NCBI GenBank assembly: GCA_041494685.1
Contig: JBGQBE010000010.1
Span: forward strand, 1 to 64,000
Source: Dehalococcoidia bacterium
GTDB taxonomy: Bacteria; Chloroflexota; Dehalococcoidia; DSTF01; JACRBR01
Reading direction: 5' to 3'
DNA: 64,000 nucleotides
The notes under the pieces are model-generated. The model searched no databases. It saw only the letters and a list, made by a program, of their open reading frames with translations, and was not told where the DNA came from. This document shows, piece after piece, positions 57,062 to 64,000 of this stretch; position 1 is the stretch's first letter; each line of letters starts with the position of its first letter. The position numbers and the translations under genes are program-made.

Positions 57062-57469
57062 ATGCAAGACGCCCGCGCGGACGAGAGCTTCGTACTGACA
57101 GGTGCCATCACGGATGAGCGACGCGGTTGGCTTGCCCGAATCGGCGCCGCGTTCTCGGCGGCGGTCGGAGCGCTTGCCGGCATCGCGCCGCACGTCTTGC
57201 ACCACGTCGGGCCGATCGCAGGTGCGGCGCTGCTCGCGGGTGCCGGCGGGACGGTGCTTTTCGGGGCGATCGGCTTCGTGCTGATGATCCCGATGCTGCT
57301 CCGCCTCAAGCGCCGGTTCGGCACGTGGATTGCGCCGGGTGTGGCTCTCGCGTTGTTCGTAGTGATGTTCACGATATCGACACTGTGGATCGGGCCGGCG
57401 ATGAGGGGAGACAGCGGCGGCAGCTCAGGCGACCAGCCGGCGGATCACTCATCGCATCATCCGGGGTAG
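57062..57469 (+). CDS. Small His-rich membrane protein in the Cu cassette
   Basis: PHVLHHVGP, about 3 TM, C-terminal DHSSHH. Confidence 0.7.
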   Translation: MQDARADESFVLTGAITDERRGWLARIGAAFSAAVGALAGIAPHVLHHVGPIAGAALLAGAGGTVLFGAIGFVLMIPMLLRLKRRFGTWIAPGVALALFVVMFTISTLWIGPAMRGDSGGSSGDQPADHSSHHPG

Positions 57470-57502
57470 CATCTGGCGTTTCCGGGGAAAGGAGCAATCA
57501 GC

Positions 57503-57754
57503 ATGTGGCACACGAACGACGGCATGGGGTGGTGGATGATCTTCATGGGCGTCTTCTGGATTCTCTTCTGGGCGTCGCTCATCTACCTGTTCGTTACCGC
57601 CGTCGCACGCGGCCGCCGGGGCGGTCGTAGTGACGATGGGGACGCCATCGAGATCGCCAAGCGGCGGTTGGCCCGTGGCGAAATCACGACGGATCAGTTC
57701 CAGGAGATCCGCCGGCACCTCCAGGGCGACATACGCGGACCGCAACCCTCGTGA
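57503..57754 (+). CDS. SHOCT domain membrane protein
   Basis: MGWWMIFM TM then AIEIAKRRLARGEIT.DQF. Confidence 0.85.
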   Translation: MWHTNDGMGWWMIFMGVFWILFWASLIYLFVTAVARGRRGGRSDDGDAIEIAKRRLARGEITTDQFQEIRRHLQGDIRGPQPS

Positions 57755-57824
57755 GGCGGGGGAGCCTTGTCTGTACAGGAACGCGCGGGCCCTGCAGGCT
57801 CCGTACATCGTGCGACGGCGCGTG

Positions 57825-59822
57825 TCAGGTCTTGTTAGTGGGAGTTCGCCGCCCAAGCACGTAGCGGTAGTTCGTCACCGTCACCCGGTCTTCGTTCAGG
57901 AACGCGAACTTCAAGCGCGTGCCGGTCATGTGGTGCAGGCCGCGCACGATTGGCCACTGCCACCAGTCCGTCGGCGCCGTCCACTCAGGGATCACCATCT
58001 CGATCTGGATGTCCGGGTCGACAAGCAACATGCCGCGCACGTAATCGACCAGGTCGCCGACGACGTTGCCACCGCCGAACTCGCTGTGCAGGCTGACCAG
58101 CGGCAGCCCCATTTCGTCGAAACCGTGCTCCGCCCAGCGCTGCTTCAGGATCTGCGACGAGTGCTCGCCAGTGTCGATGTGGACGGCCTCCTGCACGACG
58201 TTGCGGCTGCCGGTCTGCAGCATCTCCTTGAGCGCCGGTAGACTGTGCCGGTCGAGGCCGGCGACGGCCATGAGGCGAATGCGCTTCACCGGCGTTTCCA
58301 TGTAGCCCTCGATCTCCGCGTCCGCCAACGCCAACTCCTCCTTCACCGCTCTGTAGTGGTGGTGAATGCGGAAGAAGATGAAGACCAGCGTCGGTACGAG
58401 GATCACCGTGACCCAGGCACCCTCCGTGAACTTGGCGAAGGCGAAGATCACCGCGACCACGCCGGTCACCACCGCGCCCAGCGCATTGACCGCGATCTTC
58501 AGCCGCCAGTGCGCGTCGTGCTCCAGCGTCGTGACCAGCGCGCCTTCGGGCGAGTAGCTGGGGATCTTCTCGCCCGGCCGCAGCTTCGCCGTCTTCAGCC
58601 AGCGGATCACCATGCCGCTTTGGCTGATCGAGAACGAGAGGAACACGCCGATCGCGTACAGCGGGATCAGCTGCGACACGTCCGCGTGGAATACGACGAT
58701 CAGCAAGCCGGAGGCCAGCGATAGCACTGTGACGCCGATGCCGTACACGAGCCGGTTGTCGCGGTCCGTCATCCATCGCGGGAGAAAGCCATCGCCCGCA
58801 TGCAGCGCGGCGAGACGCGGGAAATCAGCGAACGACGTGTTGGCCGCCATCACCAGGACGGCCGCCGTCCCGAAGATGATCGCGACGTAAAACGGAGAGT
58901 GGGCGCTGAACACGGTTCGCCCGAGCTGCGAGATGACGGTCTCCGACGTGCTCGGCTGCGCGTGCGTGCCGAGTGCCAGCGCGGTGATCCCGACGAACAT
59001 CACACCCAGGGCCGCGATCAGCCAGAACAGCACTGTCGCGGCGTTCCTGGACTTCGGCTCCTCGAACGCCGTGATGCCGTTGCTGATCGCCTCGACCCCC
59101 GTCGCCGCCGTGCTGCCGCTTGCGAACGCACGGAGCAACAGGAAGAGTGTGAGTCCCTTGTTCGCGCTGATCACGTCGTTCACACCCTGGACATCGTGCA
59201 GCGTGCCGGTCAGGTACTTGACCAGGCCGACGAGCAGCATGAGGGCGGTCGCCGAGAGAAAGAAGTACGTCGGCGCGGCGAAGGCCCGGCCCGACTCACG
59301 GACGCCGCGTTTGTTCACGTACCACATGAAGAACAGGACGACGAGGCTGCCGGCCACGCGCTCATTGGCGCTCGACTGCGGTACCGACGGGAAAAACTGG
59401 TGCACGCCGCTCGAAAAGTTCGCGACGCCGGCCGCGATGCTGACGGACACCGTCAGCACGTAGTCCACGAGCAGTGCCGCGCCGGCGATCTGCGCCACGC
59501 CCTCGCCGATGTTGTCGCGCGCGACGATATACGCGCCGCCGCCGTTTGGGTACGCGAAGATCGTCTGGCGGTAGCTGAACAGCAAGATCACGAGCATGCC
59601 TGTGATCAGCAGGGAGATCCACATCGAGTGGAAGAAGTACGCCGTGCCGGCCAGCGCCAGCACCTTGAGGATCTCCTCCGTCGCGTATGCCACGGAGGAG
59701 AGCGCGTCGCTCGCAAAGACCGGTAGCGCGTACTTCTTCGCGAGCACCTGGTGCGGCAGATCCGTCCGCTTGAGCGGCTTTCCGAACGGGCGCCGAAGCA
59801 TCCCGAGGTTGCCGATGCTCAC
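57825..59822 (-). CDS. APC-superfamily permease, KimA/YdaO-like K+ transporter
   Basis: ASDALSSVAYATEEIL, SYRQTI.AYP.GGGAY, TGVEAISNG, ANTSF.DFPRL, LIPLYAIGVF; GTG start after GGGAGG. Confidence 0.88.
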   Translation of the reverse strand: MSIGNLGMLRRPFGKPLKRTDLPHQVLAKKYALPVFASDALSSVAYATEEILKVLALAGTAYFFHSMWISLLITGMLVILLFSYRQTIFAYPNGGGAYIVARDNIGEGVAQIAGAALLVDYVLTVSVSIAAGVANFSSGVHQFFPSVPQSSANERVAGSLVVLFFMWYVNKRGVRESGRAFAAPTYFFLSATALMLLVGLVKYLTGTLHDVQGVNDVISANKGLTLFLLLRAFASGSTAATGVEAISNGITAFEEPKSRNAATVLFWLIAALGVMFVGITALALGTHAQPSTSETVISQLGRTVFSAHSPFYVAIIFGTAAVLVMAANTSFADFPRLAALHAGDGFLPRWMTDRDNRLVYGIGVTVLSLASGLLIVVFHADVSQLIPLYAIGVFLSFSISQSGMVIRWLKTAKLRPGEKIPSYSPEGALVTTLEHDAHWRLKIAVNALGAVVTGVVAVIFAFAKFTEGAWVTVILVPTLVFIFFRIHHHYRAVKEELALADAEIEGYMETPVKRIRLMAVAGLDRHSLPALKEMLQTGSRNVVQEAVHIDTGEHSSQILKQRWAEHGFDEMGLPLVSLHSEFGGGNVVGDLVDYVRGMLLVDPDIQIEMVIPEWTAPTDWWQWPIVRGLHHMTGTRLKFAFLNEDRVTVTNYRYVLGRRTPTNKT

Positions 59823-61180
59823 GCTCGCCTCCCGGAATTCACGAGCACCTTGCCTGGCGCGCGGCGCAGCACTTCCGCCACGACCGGGCTGCTGCCGTTC
59901 CGGCGCTCGCCGCTCTCTGAGTCCGAGACGACGATCAGATCGGCGGACTCCTCCGCCGCGGCGCGCACGATGCTGGTCGCAATGACGCGGCCCGTGACGA
60001 GCCGCGACGTGCATGACGCGGACCGGTGGCGCTCGACGATGGCGCGACCAAGCTCGAGCGCGCGCTCGGCGCGCCGCACCGCCTCCTCGGGCGGCTGGTC
60101 AAGCGGCAGCCTGTACGGTACTTCGACGACGTGGACGAGGATGATGGCGGCCTTCTGCGCCTCGCCGAGCCGGCATGCCAGCTCGACTGCACGCCCCGAC
60201 GCGACGTCATCATCCACGGCGACGACGATGCGCTGAAGCGCGCCAACCGACTGCTCGCTCGACTCGACGGTCGCGGAGAGTTCCGGCGAAAGCCGGCTGG
60301 CCTGCCGTCCGATGTCTGAGGTCAGCACCGCGAGGAAGGCGTGGATCGCTCCGATGGCCTCGATCCCGCGCGACGGATACACGACCCGTGCTTGCGGGAG
60401 CAGCGCCGCCATCGCGTCGCCCCAGCCGCGGAAGATGGCGCGGTGCTTCGGCTGCATCACGAGCGCCGGATGATCGAGCGTGGGCAGCAGCGCCCGCACG
60501 TCGGCGCGGGAGATGAGGTCGCGGCGGCGCGACACGGCCGGAGGCGAGGACGTGGCCGACCACCGTTCCGCCAGCGCGCGGGCGTCGCCCTCGTCAACGC
60601 CGAAGGCGTCGAGCAGTTGCCACGGGTCGTCGGCGGCACCCTCGTCAGTACCTGCCGGCTCGAACCAGCGCGACATGAGTTCGCGCGGCAGACCGGCGGC
60701 GGACGGTTCGTCGGCGACGAACTTAGGGGGCACGAAGTTGAAGACGAGGCCGAGCACCCGCTCCGGCCGCAGAGCGGCGGCGTGCGCGATCGTGTATCCG
60801 GTGTCGGCGACGCCGTAGAGTACGGCGCGCTCCACGCCGGCGGCATCGGCGACCCGCCAGAGGTCCGCGCCCATCTCCTCCCAGTCCGTCGACGCTCCCG
60901 CCCCGGCGGAGCTGCCACTGCCGCGCTGGTCGAACGTGATCAGGTTGAACCCCGACGCCAGCGCATCCAGGAATGCGGTCTGCCCCGGCGCAGCGACGAG
61001 CCCGGCGTTGGTAATGCCGTAGCTCAGCGGATGGAGGATCGCCAGCCCACGCCCGGCGCGCGACTGCCACGCGAGAGACGGCGGCTCGGTCAGCGACTCA
61101 TGGCGATCGGGGGGCTGGCCGTCCCCGTCGCGCGCCGGTTCGGCGACCTGTATCTCCTGAGGCTGCGTTGCGATGACCAT
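59819..61180 (-). CDS. Degenerate alpha/beta-hydrolase fold fused to a universal stress protein domain
   Basis: FDQRGSGSS; LYGVADTG in place of GxSxG; RIVVAVD...LVHVVEVP..LPLD...ADLIVV...VLRRAPG.V. Confidence 0.78.
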   Translation of the reverse strand: MVIATQPQEIQVAEPARDGDGQPPDRHESLTEPPSLAWQSRAGRGLAILHPLSYGITNAGLVAAPGQTAFLDALASGFNLITFDQRGSGSSAGAGASTDWEEMGADLWRVADAAGVERAVLYGVADTGYTIAHAAALRPERVLGLVFNFVPPKFVADEPSAAGLPRELMSRWFEPAGTDEGAADDPWQLLDAFGVDEGDARALAERWSATSSPPAVSRRRDLISRADVRALLPTLDHPALVMQPKHRAIFRGWGDAMAALLPQARVVYPSRGIEAIGAIHAFLAVLTSDIGRQASRLSPELSATVESSEQSVGALQRIVVAVDDDVASGRAVELACRLGEAQKAAIILVHVVEVPYRLPLDQPPEEAVRRAERALELGRAIVERHRSASCTSRLVTGRVIATSIVRAAAEESADLIVVSDSESGERRNGSSPVVAEVLRRAPGKVLVNSGRRA

Positions 61181-61258
61181 CTCGGACCTCCGCGATCAGC
61201 CTAGGATCAGCGGCATCCGGGGCGTGTCAGCGTCCGGCGCTACGACATACGGGAATTG

Positions 61259-61957
61259 TCAGGAAGTGGCGTCCGGCTCGAGGAATCGGTAGCCAATGCC
61301 GGACTCCGTCCGGATAAAGCGGGGATGGGCCGGGTCATCGTGCAACTTGGCGCGTAGCTGGTTCACGTACGTCCGCAGCACGTGCGTGTCTTCGGCGTAC
61401 TCCATGCCCCACACGGCACGCAGGATCATCGGGTGCGTCAGCACTTTGCCCGCGTTCGTCGCCAGATACTTGAGCAGGCTGTACTCGGTCGGCGTCAGGC
61501 GCAGTGCCTCGCCGTCCAGGGTTACTGACCGGCGCTCCAGGTCGACAGACAGGTTCTCCACCCTGATGATCGGGCGCTGCGCTCGCGTTGCGCTTCCACG
61601 CCTGAGCGCAACGCGGATCCGCGCGAGCAACTCCTCGATCCCAAACGGCTTCGTCAGGTAATCGTCGGCGCCAGCGTCCAGTGCAGCCACCTTGGTGCGC
61701 TCATCACCGACCACGGACAGCACGACGATGGGCGTGTCATACGTCTTCCGCAATGCTCGGCACACGTCCACGCCACTCGTATCGGGCAGCATCAGATCGA
61801 GGAGCACCACATCAGGCCGGAAGGCTTCGAACTCTCTCAGCGCCGACGCGCCGTCATCCGCCTCGCGCACGACGTAGCCGTGCCCCTCCAGCGATACCCT
61901 GACGGCGCGCCGCAATTGGGGTTCATCGTCAACCACGAGGATGCGCGGTTCGCTCAT
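61259..61957 (-). CDS. kdpE: KdpE-like OmpR-family response regulator
   Basis: VVDDEP, LLDLMLPD, KVAALDAGADDYLTKPFG, LRAVWG.EY...H.LR.YV.QLR.KL..DP..PR.I.TE.GIGYR. Confidence 0.88.
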   Translation of the reverse strand: MSEPRILVVDDEPQLRRAVRVSLEGHGYVVREADDGASALREFEAFRPDVVLLDLMLPDTSGVDVCRALRKTYDTPIVVLSVVGDERTKVAALDAGADDYLTKPFGIEELLARIRVALRRGSATRAQRPIIRVENLSVDLERRSVTLDGEALRLTPTEYSLLKYLATNAGKVLTHPMILRAVWGMEYAEDTHVLRTYVNQLRAKLHDDPAHPRFIRTESGIGYRFLEPDATS

Positions 61958-62583
61958 GTCCGGGCCGCCGTCTGCGGCGCGGGCGAGTCCAGCGATAGCG
62001 TGGTCACGAACCGCGCACCGCCTGGCGGGTTCTCAACCCGCACCGTCCCGCCGCTCAAGCCAACGAACCCTTTGACGATAGCAAGACCCAGCCCGCCGCC
62101 CTTTGTCCGCCTGCCGATCCCGTTGCCACGATAGAAGCGCTCGAACAAGTGCGGGATGTCGTCCGGCGGAATGCCCGGCCCTTCGTCGGCGACGGTCAAT
62201 TCCGCCGACGCGCTTCTGCGGACAGCACTCAAGGTAATGCTGCCTCCAGGCGTCGAGTAGTTAGCAGCGTTCCCTGGTCGATCAGCGCGACGATCAGGAA
62301 CACGACGAGCACGAACGCGTTCTTCGGGTCTTCTGCCGTAAACGTGTACCGCGGCGGCACGAAGAAGAAGTCGAACGTCAGATTCAGCAGCGCCGCGAAC
62401 AGCCCGACCTGCCAACTCCAGGTCGCAGCAACCAGCAGCGACACGAGAAGGTAGACCAGGCCAGCGTTGAGGAGGCCGATCGGGCCATGCAAAGGCGCGA
62501 GCGCGGCCGTGAGTGCGGCGGGTTCCGACAACGGTCATCGCCACGCCGGCGCGGCGTTTCCGGAGCAGCGCACGAATCGTCAC
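61954..62583 (-). pseudogene. kdpD: Disrupted KdpD-like sensor kinase (DUF4118 + HATPase; HisKA missing)
   Basis: DUF4118 (FDFFFVPPRYTF) is in a different frame from the N-terminus and from the HATPase (NAANYS, DEGPGI, FERFYR, GLGLAIVK); no H-box between them. Confidence 0.75.
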
Positions 62584-62680
62584 AGGTTCATTCTAACGGG
62601 CCAGCCTGGCGATCGTCTCGGCACGATCCGCTCATCGTGGCGGCACCACCAGCCTTGGTGCCTCTGCTATCCTTGGGCCG

Positions 62681-63142
62681 ATGTCTAACCTCTTCAATTA
62701 CATCCCACACCCGCACACGGAGAGCCGCAAGGAGACTGGCCCACCGAAGGTGGCGTCAGCCGTCGCTCAGATCCATGGACCGGGCCTGATCGGGCGTGTC
62801 AACGCCAAGGTTGGACTGAAGATCACCCTAGTCGTCGGCACGATGTGGTGCGCCTATCTCTTCACGCTCCTCGCGTTGGTCAGCGCTCCGTCGGCGCTCA
62901 AGACCGGCGATTCGATCATCGTCGTAGCTTGGATCGCTCAGACGTTCTTGCAGCTGGTGCTCCTGCCGATCATCATCGTCGGCCAGAACGTTCAGGCCGC
63001 CGCTGCGGATGCGCGGTCCCAGGCCACCTACGACGACGCGGCCGCTGTGCTCGAAGAGGCCAAGCAGATCCAGGCCCACCTGGAGGCCCAAGACGCCGTG
63101 ATCGAGAAGATCCTGGCCGCCATCACGCCGAAGTCCACGTGA
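62681..63142 (+). CDS. DUF1003-like membrane protein
   Basis: VGTMWCAYLF...LQLVLLPIIIVGQN..A...DAR. Confidence 0.75.
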   Translation: MSNLFNYIPHPHTESRKETGPPKVASAVAQIHGPGLIGRVNAKVGLKITLVVGTMWCAYLFTLLALVSAPSALKTGDSIIVVAWIAQTFLQLVLLPIIIVGQNVQAAAADARSQATYDDAAAVLEEAKQIQAHLEAQDAVIEKILAAITPKST

Positions 63143-63308
63143 GCTGAAGGCCGATCGGACGCCAGTGCCCGCTAAGGAGGTCTCGGCGTTCACCCACGAT
63201 CCTCATAGTGCGCCGCGGTTAATTCGCGGTGACCTCTGGAAGTGCGTGACCGATCACGCGCGACGCGGTCGATCGGCCTCCTCCGCGACCTCCGCTGCTT
63301 TGCCGATG

Positions 63309-64000
63309 TCAGGCGTCTGAATCTGGGGCGCGGATGAGCTCCATCATGTCTCCGCGGAGACCTGTGATCTCGCCCGCGTCGTTGCGCACCAGCGCGAGGT
63401 AAGCGGGCTCGACGTCTTCTGTCTGGAGCATGAAGAACGTTGGGTCTGAGGCGTCGGCAGGCAACATGCGCACGCCGTCCTTCCAGGGGCCGCGCTGCGA
63501 ATGCACGTACAGATCGCCGTCATGATCTTCGATACGCACGCGGCCGACGCCGGCGATGATACGCAGGTTCGTAAGCGTGCCCGGCGAACCCTGGTACAGC
63601 CCCGGAGCCGCGGCGAGCACCGCGGGATCGAGCCGACATACCGCCTCGTGGGCAGCGGGAGGCGCGTCGACCAACGCGCGTATCAGTGCTGAGCCGACGT
63701 GCATCATGTCCATCGACGTGAGGTTGAGGTGGACGAGCAGCGCGACGTCATCGTCGGGCAGTACGCTGAGCATCGTGTTCCAGCCGCCTGCGACGCCGCC
63801 TCCGTGGCCGAACACACGGCGCCCGAAGCGGCGCAGGCGGGCGAACGCGAATCCTTGGCTGGGCAGCCGATCGTGCAGGCACCACTGCGGCGCCACCATC
63901 GCGTCGAACGTCTCCGGCCGGACGATACCGCCGCCACGCCGCAACAGCGCCGACGCGTAGCGGCCCATATCGTAGATCGTCGACTGCACGGCGCCGGCCG
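63309..64000 (-). CDS. Serine hydrolase / beta-lactamase family, 5' end outside the window
   Basis: AGAVQST..DMGRY and FGHGGG..G motifs of the class C beta-lactamase fold. Confidence 0.78.
   Translation of the reverse strand, partial: AGAVQSTIYDMGRYASALLRRGGGIVRPETFDAMVAPQWCLHDRLPSQGFAFARLRRFGRRVFGHGGGVAGGWNTMLSVLPDDDVALLVHLNLTSMDMMHVGSALIRALVDAPPAAHEAVCRLDPAVLAAAPGLYQGSPGTLTNLRIIAGVGRVRIEDHDGDLYVHSQRGPWKDGVRMLPADASDPTFFMLQTEDVEPAYLALVRNDAGEITGLRGDMMELIRAPDSDA

Noticed and set aside
1..64000. CRISPR array, tRNA/rRNA, integrase, transposase or prophage
   Set aside because: No repeat-spacer periodicity, cloverleaf or mobile-element motif was recognised; repeats found are coding low-complexity tracts or short intergenic repeats.

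Overview
GC-rich bacterial window. Gene content (secretin-less Tad locus, Thr/Ala-rich surface proteins, PPxTG sorting signal, GTAG-REP and heptamer repeats) suggests Chloroflexota, possibly Dehalococcoidia-like; this is inference, no search was run. Left to right: truncated SRAP gene, LLM oxidoreductase and hydrolase; a ~2.6 kb lower-GC islet (HTH-ImmA/IrrE peptidase + DUF4411/PIN + orphan restriction-endonuclease-like ORF); ispD and envelope lipoproteins; a ~10 kb flp-tad operon with a clear sigma70-type promoter, a ~530 nt hairpin-rich leader and a terminal gene encoding two HPD-less J-domains plus a degenerate FHA; a VWA-TM-FHA gene divergent from moxR-DUF58-transglutaminase (catalytic triad lost); a nurA-herA-sbcD-sbcC operon; a PAS-GGDEF-EAL gene; a CstR-like persulfide cassette; a polysaccharide mini-cluster with an apparently dead BY-kinase; MacA/MacB-like efflux; a CsoR copper cassette; and a broken kdpD-kdpE-(hydrolase-USP)-kimA-like potassium locus. 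No rRNA, tRNA, CRISPR array or transposase was recognised. Best candidates for an undescribed system are the Tad operon's structured leader with its pseudo-J/pseudo-FHA accessory genes, and the defence-like islet. All family calls come from motif recognition by eye.
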